From a virus (taxonomy: Duplodnaviria; Heunggongvirae; Uroviricota; Caudoviricetes), in the IMG/VR virus record IMGVR_UViG_3300038393_003162, positions 20,407 to 84,406 of that record: DNA of 64,000 nucleotides, one strand, 5' to 3'. The notes beneath the pieces are model-generated. The model made no database searches, was not told the DNA's origin, and saw only the letters and a list, made by a program, of their open reading frames with translations. This document shows, in pieces, positions 29,626 through 38,744 of the stretch (within the stretch, counting starts at the first letter, position 1; the number at the start of each line of letters is the position of its first letter). Position numbers and translations under genes: made by a program.

Positions 29626-29636
29626 CTTTTGGTCCT

Positions 29637-30164
29637 TTAGAAATTGGCTCTTCGGAAGTCGGCGATTGCCTGCTGGATGGTTTTGCGATAGACCAGCAAG
29701 GATTCCTGGTTCTGGATTTCCTTGAGTGATTGCTTGTGTTTGTATATTTCATTGGCTTTGATGGCGGCGACGGTGAGGGTCGCGTGGTTTTCGATCTGGA
29801 CTTGCTTGGTGACGGGATCGATGAGGATGAGTTGCACTTGGTCGGTCGTCACGACGACATATTCCGGGAACTCTGCGTCTTTCTCTGACGGTTTTGCGGA
29901 GCTACCGCAGTCGGCGTAGGCGACGTTGAGGTCGACCGGCAGAGTTTCGTAGGCTTTGATGATCTCCTCGTGGTGGGAGAATCTGCGGGGTTCCTCGGAA
30001 GCGGTCATGCTGTTCGGGTCGATCTTGAGTATCTTCCAAGGGTTCATGGGGTGGTCATTGCTGAAGTAGGTGATGAGGTAGGGGGTACCGGGTGTCGCAT
30101 GTTTCACCGGGACGAACACCTTAATCATGGTCCAGCCGATATCATAGATCGATCGTTTGGGCAT
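29637..30164 (-). CDS. C-terminal-motif family protein 7
   Basis: Start MPKRSIYDIGW; ends YRKTIQQAIADFRRANF. Confidence 0.75.
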   Translation of the reverse strand: MPKRSIYDIGWTMIKVFVPVKHATPGTPYLITYFSNDHPMNPWKILKIDPNSMTASEEPRRFSHHEEIIKAYETLPVDLNVAYADCGSSAKPSEKDAEFPEYVVVTTDQVQLILIDPVTKQVQIENHATLTVAAIKANEIYKHKQSLKEIQNQESLLVYRKTIQQAIADFRRANF

Positions 30165-30174
30165 TGTATGGGTC

Positions 30175-30681
30175 CTAATAATTAATTCTGAAGTTATGAA
30201 TAGCTTGTTGGACGGTATGCTTGTTCTGGAGGAGTCGTCGTTGATTGGTCTCTTGGGGTTTGTCCGATAGTCCGGATACCAGCCGTTCGGCTGTGACGAA
30301 TTGGAGTGCGTTCCGGTTGAGGCTGGAATAGTACAGGATGTTCGTTTCGTTCTTGCGATGACGGACATAGGTCATGTGGTATTTGAGCCAAGGGTTTGTC
30401 TGGGTTCGCTCATGGATGAAGAAATAGTGTTGCTCCAGGGTATGCCAGTCGATGTGGCATGAGACCAGGGCATCTTTCTTCCACGAGAGGTTCTCTGCGG
30501 GTTCTCCGAGTATAGTCGTGACCCAAGAAACCGCTTGATCGCGGGTGGCATTCGATCGCGAACGGAATAAATTACACTGCTGGTTGATGACATAGGAAAT
30601 GGGCATATTTCCTTGCAGCAGGAAGGCGAATAGACCTCTAGGGTCATCGAGGACTTCGGCATTCATCCATTGGAGGGGCAT
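30175..30681 (-). CDS. C-terminal-motif family protein 8
   Basis: Start MPLQW; ends NKHTVQQAIHNFRINY. Confidence 0.75.
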   Translation of the reverse strand: MPLQWMNAEVLDDPRGLFAFLLQGNMPISYVINQQCNLFRSRSNATRDQAVSWVTTILGEPAENLSWKKDALVSCHIDWHTLEQHYFFIHERTQTNPWLKYHMTYVRHRKNETNILYYSSLNRNALQFVTAERLVSGLSDKPQETNQRRLLQNKHTVQQAIHNFRINY

Positions 30682-30692
30682 TGTTTGGTCCT

Positions 30693-31268
30693 TTAGAAAC
30701 TGGTCCTGAAATTCTCGATGGCATTCTTGAGGTCTTGTTTGTTCTGGATGAGTTTTTCGGGGTCCGGGTCTGGTTGTTTCGGGACTGATTTCGGGCGCGG
30801 CTTGGGCATGTAGCTTTTCTCCTGTGCCGTGAAGGTGAGTTCCTCGGCGAGTGTGTGAGCGGCGGTCATACTTGGCAGGTACCATTTGTGGATCTGCCTT
30901 GAGTTCTTGCTGCTGGTGTAGACATAGAGCAAGCAATACGGGTTGGCTTCAAACCGTGCTTTCGAAATCTCGCTGGGGAAGGTGTCGGGCGGTGTCCGGC
31001 GAAAGGCATAGAACTGGACATTTTCGAGCGTATTCTCGGTCATGTCGATGGCATGGTTGGCATCATCGGACCACTTGAGTTCGGCGGCAGTGGTCTCGAA
31101 TTTCTCGGACACGTAGCTTTCGAGTTGATTCGGCGTCGCGTGGACCTTGGCATCCACGTCGGTCGTGATCGTGTTGATGGTATAAGTATGCGAAGAGTGT
31201 TGGAAGCAAAGGACGTTTTGCTTCGACGGTTTTTCAAACACTCTTATCGGGGACCATTTTAATGGCAT
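30693..31268 (-). CDS. C-terminal-motif family protein 9
   Basis: Start MPLKW; ends NKQDLKNAIENFRTSF. Confidence 0.75.
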   Translation of the reverse strand: MPLKWSPIRVFEKPSKQNVLCFQHSSHTYTINTITTDVDAKVHATPNQLESYVSEKFETTAAELKWSDDANHAIDMTENTLENVQFYAFRRTPPDTFPSEISKARFEANPYCLLYVYTSSKNSRQIHKWYLPSMTAAHTLAEELTFTAQEKSYMPKPRPKSVPKQPDPDPEKLIQNKQDLKNAIENFRTSF

Positions 31269-31289
31269 CTTGTGTTCCTTTGATTTGAT

Positions 31290-32411
31290 TCACTTGATAA
31301 GGTCGCGGAAATTCTGGATCGCCTTGAGGGTGGTTTCCTTGTTCTGGACGAGTTGCTGTTGGTCCGGTTCCCGAGGCTCGTCATCCAGTCGCTTCTTTCG
31401 CCTATACGAATACGAAAAATTCTCAATATACGAGGAATATTTCCTGGTCGAAAACTTCCCGAAAGTGGAAAGGTGGTTGAAGTTGAAAGTATAACTTTGG
31501 TTTTGGTTGAATGTGTCGGCGTCGTGCTTGTCGGCAGCGGTCTTGGCATCCATCAGGAGATTGAATACTTGCGTGGTATTATGGGTTGCCTGGGTGTCTT
31601 CATGTCCGAGCGTGTAGAGGGTGTAAAGATTTTTCTTGTCAGCCGAGCAAACTTCGATGAAATAAAAGATATTCTTCGACAAGTCTGTGTTTCTGGTACA
31701 CACGACCGAGTGTTTCGTGTATCCGCCTGGGAGCTTTGCCTTGGCATGAGCCTCGATAGCGGCGATGTAATTAAAGTCAAGACACTCGACCTTGACAGTG
31801 CAGTCGTTGGGGGTAAAGAAGAAAGCCTTGAGGATCGGGTCATCACCCGACTTCGAAGTCGCGATGAAGCAATGCGGTTCGTCGGGGTTATTGGGCTTAA
31901 GGAGGAATCCCGATCGCCAGACGAGGAGATTCTCGGGATTCTTCTTGGTCGGGGCTTGGTCTTGGATGACTTCCGTGATTTCGGTTTGGTCTGGCATCGT
32001 TTCTTGCCCTTCGTTGGTCGATGCGTTGTTAAGGATGTTGTTGGCTGTTTTGATGACATCATCCTTGGAGTCGCAAATCACTTGGGTCGGAATGTTCTTG
32101 GAGTTAGCATCAAAATGGACGAGAAGGAATTCCTCCGTGGGAGTTCGTTTGTAGAAGAAAATATGCCCCTTACTTTCGGAGAATGCGACTGCATACTTCC
32201 ACTGGAGAGTGCGACCGGCTCTCGCCTCGGCGTCGTCGGTCGCGGTGGAAATGAGCATGAACGTCTGGCTATAATGATGGTGTTCCTGTTTGCTGAGGAT
32301 ATGGAGGCGAGGGGTCCAAGTCGAGGTGTTGATGAAATAATAATGGGAATCGGTCTCTGCGACCTTACAGTAGTCCCACGCGAGAACTTGTCCTTGGTCT
32401 GGCATAGTCAT
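31290..32411 (-). CDS. C-terminal-motif family protein 10 (double length)
   Basis: 373 aa; ends NKETTLKAIQNFRDLIK. Confidence 0.75.
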   Translation of the reverse strand: MTMPDQGQVLAWDYCKVAETDSHYYFINTSTWTPRLHILSKQEHHHYSQTFMLISTATDDAEARAGRTLQWKYAVAFSESKGHIFFYKRTPTEEFLLVHFDANSKNIPTQVICDSKDDVIKTANNILNNASTNEGQETMPDQTEITEVIQDQAPTKKNPENLLVWRSGFLLKPNNPDEPHCFIATSKSGDDPILKAFFFTPNDCTVKVECLDFNYIAAIEAHAKAKLPGGYTKHSVVCTRNTDLSKNIFYFIEVCSADKKNLYTLYTLGHEDTQATHNTTQVFNLLMDAKTAADKHDADTFNQNQSYTFNFNHLSTFGKFSTRKYSSYIENFSYSYRRKKRLDDEPREPDQQQLVQNKETTLKAIQNFRDLIK

Positions 32412-32426
32412 GTCCTTATGGTTTGG

Positions 32427-33146
32427 TCAGAATTCATTTTCGTTTTGGAAGTCCCACGGATCGATTTCCCAATCATCGTCTTCGACCACATCGACATTTA
32501 CAGGGGTCGGGGCAGGCGGGGGTGCAGGCTCAGAGTCATCATCCTCATCATCATCACCCATCTGGAAAAGTTTATCCAAGAATGTGTGGTTGACGATGCT
32601 GGGATCGTCGATTGGGATGGCGGCAGTTTCCTCGTCGATGATCCCGCCGAGCTTTTCGACGAGGTTGCAGAGCTTGACGGCAACGCACTCGATCGTGTCG
32701 AAGGTCCCGAAGGTAGTGAAGTTCTTCGCCTTCCGGAGTTGCCCGAGGAATTCGCTGGTGTCCTGGGGGGTGCTGCACCGATGCTCCAATTCTTTTCGCA
32801 TCATCTCCAGCGTCTCGACCAGTTTCTCGACATCGATTTGCTTCGTCTCGGTCACTGCTTCACCCTGCTGGGGGATGTAGCCTTCTTCGTAGGTGGCTCC
32901 GAGGGACATGCCTGGTTCGACCAGATGGTTATGGACCAATTGGGCGACTTCTTTGGCGTCCTCTGGAGACTTGAATGGTCCCCGAGTCCCGTCACCCTTG
33001 CCGTTATCCAGGACGACGGAGAAGTTCCAGCCCCCGCTCGGATTTTTCTCGACCCTGTACCGGGCATTGGGGTTATCCTGTGCGTGCGCGGTAAAAACTT
33101 TCCCGTATCCCAGCTTGTTCCATTTGAGTTTCTGCGGCTCTGGCAT
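32427..33146 (-). CDS. Hypothetical protein, EE(C/G)YI subfamily, acidic tail
   Basis: MPEPQKLKW...YEEGYI followed by a coiled coil. Confidence 0.7.
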   Translation of the reverse strand: MPEPQKLKWNKLGYGKVFTAHAQDNPNARYRVEKNPSGGWNFSVVLDNGKGDGTRGPFKSPEDAKEVAQLVHNHLVEPGMSLGATYEEGYIPQQGEAVTETKQIDVEKLVETLEMMRKELEHRCSTPQDTSEFLGQLRKAKNFTTFGTFDTIECVAVKLCNLVEKLGGIIDEETAAIPIDDPSIVNHTFLDKLFQMGDDDEDDDSEPAPPPAPTPVNVDVVEDDDWEIDPWDFQNENEF

Positions 33147-33242
33147 CTCGATCTCCTTCTTGGTCAGCCTCTTGACAGGTCTTCAATATACGATTTCGCT
33201 TAGTGTGGTCCGATGTTGACTTCGTTTCATCCCATTTGTTGG

Positions 33243-34004
33243 TCACATGTAGCCTTGGATTACCGAAAGATAATTGCTGAGTTCGTAAAATTCGGTCATG
33301 AGGTTCGGCTCGATCTCCTTAAGATCGAGTGCCACTTGTTCGTAACTATCGCGATCGGCTCTGAGCGACTTGATTTGCTCGATGAGGTCTCGCTGGCATC
33401 GGATGAATCGTTCGAGCGGGGATTCGTCTCCCTTGGCGACTTCAGTTCCAGCTTCTTCTTCGTAGTTGGCGATGTAGCATTCCCCGTATTCCTTGGTTTC
33501 CTTGGTCTTCTTAGGTTTGGGTTTGGTGAGAATCTGATAGTTGCACTTATCAGCCATGATCTTGACATCCGCCATGGAATCATAAGTCAACGGCAATTTC
33601 CAATATCCCCCTTCCGGCTTATAAATTACGAGCGTTGCCTTATTGTCTGTTACATAAGTATGGACTATGAAGAAATATCCTGCCTGGTTCTGGGCTTCCG
33701 ACCGAAGGTTTGTAATCGCGTTCCATTCTAGTTTGCCCACCGACTTGATGTGTTCTTGGTCTATTTTCTCAGCTAAAAGGCGTGCTTCTTTTGGGTTTTC
33801 GCAAAGACGGACCCGCCCTACCCCGTCGTCTCCGGTGTATACAAGTCGGGTGATCAGATTGTTAGGACCGGAACTGACCTCGACAGTGTATTCCTTCTCG
33901 GTGACCGTGCTGGTGCCGTAATGCGTGGTATATTTCCCGCCTTGAGAAACCTTCCATTCGAATGCGACTAAAAACATGAGGTCATCCTTTCGTTTTGGTT
34001 TCAA
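33243..34004 (-). CDS. Hypothetical protein, EE(C/G)YI subfamily
   Basis: YGECYI...ESPL followed by a coiled coil; start uncertain. Confidence 0.65.
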   Translation of the reverse strand: MKPKRKDDLMFLVAFEWKVSQGGKYTTHYGTSTVTEKEYTVEVSSGPNNLITRLVYTGDDGVGRVRLCENPKEARLLAEKIDQEHIKSVGKLEWNAITNLRSEAQNQAGYFFIVHTYVTDNKATLVIYKPEGGYWKLPLTYDSMADVKIMADKCNYQILTKPKPKKTKETKEYGECYIANYEEEAGTEVAKGDESPLERFIRCQRDLIEQIKSLRADRDSYEQVALDLKEIEPNLMTEFYELSNYLSVIQGYM

Positions 34005-34107
34005 AACATCATATCAAAAAACACGCTCCAGGTCAAGCCAGGAGCGTCTCTTGGGTCGGGATGGTGGAACAGGACGTTTTCTTCGGGTCGCTGGTTCTGG
34101 GGGCATT

Positions 34108-35067
34108 CTAGAAGGATTCCCGGAAGGCAGCGATGGCTTTGAGGGTCGATTGTTTGTTTCGATTGAGTAATTCCTGGGAGACCGGCTCTGGGCGTCGTTC
34201 CTCGGTCGGGAGATGCTTTAGATTTTCTTTGGCTTGGGCGTCTTCCTTGGCTTCGTGGACCGACTTAAAATGACTGACGACCGGCTTCGCGCTGTCGTTG
34301 GCGAACATCGTTTGCCGGTATTTGTCCAGGAAAGGATAGATGAGCCAGAAATGGGTCTTCATCGGAGTGACAGAGATTGCGTTGATCATCATGTGAAGTG
34401 GTCGCCAGGACAAATAATCATGACCAACGAACTTCTCGAATGCTTTCTTGGCACCTTCTTCCGTGACATAGGGCGTGACACTGACCTTGGACTTTCCATC
34501 GCGGAAAATGTAGAGAAGACTGATGTTGTTGCTGGGGATGAGGGCGGCATAAGCGAGTTGGTTTTCGTTATGGACGTATGACGATGTGTAGATGCCTTCG
34601 AACCACTTGGGTGAAGTGGTCGTTTTCGATTTGGGGAGAGGCTTGAGGGATTTGAAGTTGTTGGCTGCGGTCCTTGCTTTGGGCAGACTAGTGTATTCTC
34701 CTCGGTCTCGGGGCGAATCGTAATTGGCGTTGAGGTGGACGAGCTTCCACAGGTGGTCGTTGGCTGTGATCACGAAACAATCGAACGCTTCTTTGTCGTC
34801 GGCGTCTTCCTTGACCGTTTTGGCATATGATCCCGATACCCAATTGAGAGAGATGACTTTGGCGGTCGAGAGGGCGTGGATGGTCGCTCCAAGTTGATTC
34901 TGATGAATGGTGACGACCGGCTTCGAGTATGCCTTGGGGATGACCGCGAGAATCCGGTAATTATGGGTGGTTTCTTCGCCATCCGCGACCGCCTTGACAT
35001 AATAGTTGGTCGCATCCTGGGCGATGCGTGCTGGCTTCCAGTCGAGGGCTGTATCTGCGTCTGGCAT
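34108..35067 (-). CDS. C-terminal-motif family protein 11 (double length)
   Basis: Start MPDADTALDW; ends NKQSTLKAIAAFRESF. Confidence 0.75.
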   Translation of the reverse strand: MPDADTALDWKPARIAQDATNYYVKAVADGEETTHNYRILAVIPKAYSKPVVTIHQNQLGATIHALSTAKVISLNWVSGSYAKTVKEDADDKEAFDCFVITANDHLWKLVHLNANYDSPRDRGEYTSLPKARTAANNFKSLKPLPKSKTTTSPKWFEGIYTSSYVHNENQLAYAALIPSNNISLLYIFRDGKSKVSVTPYVTEEGAKKAFEKFVGHDYLSWRPLHMMINAISVTPMKTHFWLIYPFLDKYRQTMFANDSAKPVVSHFKSVHEAKEDAQAKENLKHLPTEERRPEPVSQELLNRNKQSTLKAIAAFRESF

Positions 35068-35139
35068 GGTTCGCATCCTTTGGGGCATTAATAACGCAAA
35101 ACTTCATGTTATTAATGCGGATTAGGGTGTCGGTCGGCG

Positions 35140-35742
35140 TTACCAATTGTCTGTGATGATGATCGCTTCTTCTTCGGCGATTTCCGGTGGCGGCGAGGGC
35201 TGCTGATTGATTTTGTGGAATGTCAGAGAAAGGTTATAGAGGATATCGTCGAGGACGATGATTTCCTCCAAGATATCGCACGGGGCATTTGGGTCATTGG
35301 TTCGGAGCATATTTTTGGCTAGTTGTTCGTTCTTCTTTGGCGATCCGCCTACTTTCTTCAATTCGGCAGCGAGGTCTTTGATGGTTTGTGCGAGTCGGGC
35401 GGCTTCCTGGAGGGGTGTTTCTTCGGCGACATCCGTCGTGATATAGCATTCTTCGAAAGGCATGTTGTCCGGCTCCTTCTTTTGGTCACGTCGCATTGTA
35501 TTGAAATATGACAAGTCCCACCGATTGGCATATCTTACGGCTTCGTTCCAGTCGGCATGGAATGTCGCCTGTTCTCCGGAGGCTTTGAGGAATGTCGTAA
35601 GCTGATAATTTTGAGCCATGCCAAGATATTTAATTTTGAAATTTGTAGATTCGTTTCTTTTACTTTGAGAGGTCCATGTGGAGAAGTCATCCACTGGATG
35701 ATGTGCTTTCCATGTGAGATTCAGGTCCTTTTGTTCCGGCAT
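35140..35742 (-). CDS. Hypothetical protein, EE(C/G)YI subfamily
   Basis: MPEQKDLNLTW...FEECYI...ETPL followed by a coiled coil. Confidence 0.7.
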   Translation of the reverse strand: MPEQKDLNLTWKAHHPVDDFSTWTSQSKRNESTNFKIKYLGMAQNYQLTTFLKASGEQATFHADWNEAVRYANRWDLSYFNTMRRDQKKEPDNMPFEECYITTDVAEETPLQEAARLAQTIKDLAAELKKVGGSPKKNEQLAKNMLRTNDPNAPCDILEEIIVLDDILYNLSLTFHKINQQPSPPPEIAEEEAIIITDNW

Positions 35743-35862
35743 TGCTTCTTCGCCTTTTTTGATCGGCTAAAAACTGATTGGATGTCAATTACCTATTGTA
35801 GCACAGGTCTAAATTTAGGTCAATAGGTCATTAATAAGTAATCGAAGTTTAATTTATTCTAG

Positions 35863-36570
35863 GTGATCGCTATTCAGTATTTCGGGGGCAAGGGAAAGGT
35901 CTGTCGGGAATTGGCTGGTTACATCAATTCGCGGCTTGGGGATGGTCAGGCGTATTGGGAGCCATTCTGCGGTGCGTGCTGGGTCATGAGCAATGTATGT
36001 GGGTCGATGCGTATCGCGAGCGACCTGCATCCGGAGTTGATTGCGATGTGGCGGGCGTTACAGACGGGCTGGGAGCCGCCTGCTGTGGTCACAGAGTCGG
36101 AGTATCAATTGATACGGGCGGGGACGGACATGGCATTGCGTGGCTTCGTGGGTTTCGGCTGTAGTAACAGTGGTAAATGGTTTGGCGGATACGCTAGGAA
36201 CAAGACTGGTCGTAATTACGCATCGAACGCCAGGAATTCGTTGAAGAAGAAGATGATGGGCTTAGGGGATGTGCGGTTCGAGTGCGGGGGTTACAATGAG
36301 GTCGAGGTGCCGAGCGGGTCATTGATCTACTGCGATCCTCCTTATCGGGGGACGGTGGGGTATTCGGTGGGTCGGTTCGACCATGATCGGTTCTGGGAAT
36401 GGGTGCGGAAGAGGTCGGTTGAGAATACGGTCTTGGTCTCGGAGTATAGTGCTCCTGAGGATTTCACTTGTGTATGGGAGATTGAGACCAAGACCGATAT
36501 CAAGGATAGGACGGGGGAGAAGTCGAGGCGGGTTGAGCAGTTGTTTGAACACTCTTCGAGTGTGGAATGA
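35863..36570 (+). CDS. Dam-like (D12 class) N6-adenine DNA methyltransferase
   Basis: YFGGK, YWEPFCGA, IYCDPPY, VSEY. Confidence 0.9.
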   Translation: MIAIQYFGGKGKVCRELAGYINSRLGDGQAYWEPFCGACWVMSNVCGSMRIASDLHPELIAMWRALQTGWEPPAVVTESEYQLIRAGTDMALRGFVGFGCSNSGKWFGGYARNKTGRNYASNARNSLKKKMMGLGDVRFECGGYNEVEVPSGSLIYCDPPYRGTVGYSVGRFDHDRFWEWVRKRSVENTVLVSEYSAPEDFTCVWEIETKTDIKDRTGEKSRRVEQLFEHSSSVE

Positions 36571-37482
36571 GAGATAGTCTTAGATGGAGAGGGACGCGGC
36601 GCAAAGTGTTAAACGCCTCTAGAGCGTGGAATGAGGATCACCAGAGGCTTTTCAACTCCGATGGCGGTCCGTGTTAAACGCCTCTAGGGCGTGGAGTGAG
36701 GATCACCCTCTTGCCAACACACGATTCCTCCCGGCTTGGTGTGCTAAACGCCTCTAAGGCGTGGAGTGAGGGTTACTTTCATTTGAAATCGAACTCAACA
36801 GTGTTAAACGCCTTTAGACCGTGGAATGAAAGTCATGCGTGCATAATTCGCCGGACGTCCTGGTTTTCGTCCTGTGTCGAACGCCTCTAGGGCGTGGAGT
36901 GAGGATCAGGTTAACTTATTGGTTGACGTCCTCAACTGACCGCTTGTGTTAAACGCCTCTGAGACGTGGAGTGAAGATCACCACGGCGCGTCCGATGTCG
37001 TGTCGCGCGGACCGGATGAGTGTTAAACACCTCTAGGGCGTGGAATGAGGATCACTTCTTCGTCTAGCAATATCCTAATAATTTGGTATGTGTTAAACAC
37101 CTCTAGGGCGTGGAATGAGGATCACTCCACTATTTCAAGGGCATCTACTCGAAGATGCATGTGTTAAACGCCTCTAGGGCGTGGAATGAGGATCACCGTG
37201 ATTGAGCGTACACGTCGAAGGTATGTTCTCGGTGTTAAACGCCTCTAGGGCGTGGAATGAGGATCACCATCCAAGGACCACCTCCCTGATCTGCGCCACC
37301 GGGCGTGTTAAACGCCTCTAGGGCGTGGAATGAGGATCACCTCGTGCGTGATGCCATACATCCGCCGCACCTCGTGTGTTAAACGCCTCTAGGGCGTGGA
37401 ATGAGGATCACCAGATACGCTCCCACAGCCAAGCTGTATTAGGGTCGTGTTAAACGCCTCTAGGGCGTGGAATGAGGATCAC
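36542..37482 (-). CRISPR. CRISPR array 2 (orphan): 13 x 36-bp repeats plus one degenerate terminal repeat
   Basis: Plus-strand consensus GTGTTAAACGCCTCTAGGGCGTGGAATGAGGATCAC at 36606, 36671, 36741, 36801, 36874, 36946, 37020, 37090, 37161, 37232, 37305, 37376, 37447; degenerates leftward; no adjacent cas genes. Confidence 0.97.
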
Positions 37483-37770
37483 TGCCTCATCTTAAGCTCT
37501 TGATGTCCAACCACTTAGACACTTGGTTTTCAAGCATCTTGCTCATCGGCATCAACAAGGCAATAAGATGAAGCATTGGCGTGAGCCATCATAGCCAGAA
37601 CGTCTTGTCAAAGAACAACTTACGAAGAATCATGCACCTGGGATTCGGACTTTCAGCCTTAAGTCCTTATTTTGAAAGAGATTTAAGACAATTTGGCAAT
37701 CTTACTCTCTGATCCTGGAAAGGTACTTGATTTCCCAGCATTTAGTATACCAAGTCGAACGACTTTTGCC
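37483..37770 (-). promoter_or_regulatory. Leader of CRISPR array 2
   Basis: Non-coding region next to the perfect repeats; motifs shared with the array-1 leader. Confidence 0.7.
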
Positions 37771-37777
37771 AACTAAA

Positions 37778-38341
37778 TCAACAACAGCTTGCCTCGAAAT
37801 ATAGTTCCGTCGGAAGTCCGTCCACGAATTTGCCTGCTAGGATGTTCCAGTTTCCCGCATCTCCCCAGATATTATTATATGTAACCAAGTGTTTGCAGGG
37901 ATTACCTTCGCTATCAGCGGGGAAGTATTCGCCCTGAATCCACCGAGGTTGACCGAAGAATTGGGTGACTCCGTAATCCCGATATCTCCGAGTCCCCTTG
38001 GTGCCAGCGAAATATTTGGTCTCGGGATCATCGGTCTCGACAAAGACAGCTTCCTTATCCCCTGCTTCCCAATTTTCGCTCCAGGCGTCTTCTTTGATGG
38101 TGAGTCGATATCGTTTGTCCCCCAATGGGATTACGATTTCGCCACTGTTGCGTGTATTGTAGTGCCGAGGTAGGGCGATCTCGGGCAATAGGCGTTTCTG
38201 GTGGAACTCGGGACGGAATTGGTCCCATCCGTGGACATCATACCACTCTTGGTCCTCGGAGGAGAATGTATCAACCATCTCCAAGAGATTAAAATCATAG
38301 CTTTTTGTCTCGTGTATGTTTCTTAATGGGATTACAAACAT
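37778..38341 (-). CDS. YwqG/DUF1963-like protein
   Basis: FGQPRWIQG...WGDAG...C-terminal Cys pattern. Confidence 0.5.
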   Translation of the reverse strand: MFVIPLRNIHETKSYDFNLLEMVDTFSSEDQEWYDVHGWDQFRPEFHQKRLLPEIALPRHYNTRNSGEIVIPLGDKRYRLTIKEDAWSENWEAGDKEAVFVETDDPETKYFAGTKGTRRYRDYGVTQFFGQPRWIQGEYFPADSEGNPCKHLVTYNNIWGDAGNWNILAGKFVDGLPTELYFEASCC

Positions 38342-38359
38342 TCCAATTTCCTTAATTAA

Positions 38360-38656
38360 TCATTCTTCCCAGCGATAATATAACATTTGTTTGTGGTCAG
38401 TAAGGACAGTTTCTTGGTCCCCATCGGTTTTGGATGGCTTGTCATGGTTTGACGAAGGTTCGGTTTTCTGGAGGCAACCTTGCCAGATGATTCGGGTTAG
38501 GTAGGTGGTATTGAAGATGGTCCCCAGCAGGACGAAGCCAAATCGAGAGAACGTACCCAGGAGAAGCGTGATTATGGTTAAATAGGACCAATAATCGTTG
38601 AGTGAGTACGCGAATTTGGCTAGTCGGCGATTCCTTCTCACTTCGGTCTGATTCAT
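38360..38656 (-). CDS. Small membrane protein
   Basis: Hydrophobic segment; AAGGA RBS. Confidence 0.55.
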   Translation of the reverse strand: MNQTEVRRNRRLAKFAYSLNDYWSYLTIITLLLGTFSRFGFVLLGTIFNTTYLTRIIWQGCLQKTEPSSNHDKPSKTDGDQETVLTDHKQMLYYRWEE

Positions 38657-38744
38657 CGCGACGTCCTTGTTTCAAAGGGACTCCGAATCGCTACTGAGAA
38701 CGATTCGGAGTCCCTTTTGGTCGACCATGCGGGCGAAGATGGAA

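Noticed and set aside
31353-33203. Long plus-strand ORFs (616 aa here; also 11157-12236, 39008-39946, 62318-63211 and others)
   Set aside because: They are antisense shadows of well-supported minus-strand genes, with no RBS or recognisable motifs.
22205-37446. Self-targeting spacers within the window
   Set aside because: No match was seen by eye; a proper alignment is needed to exclude it.
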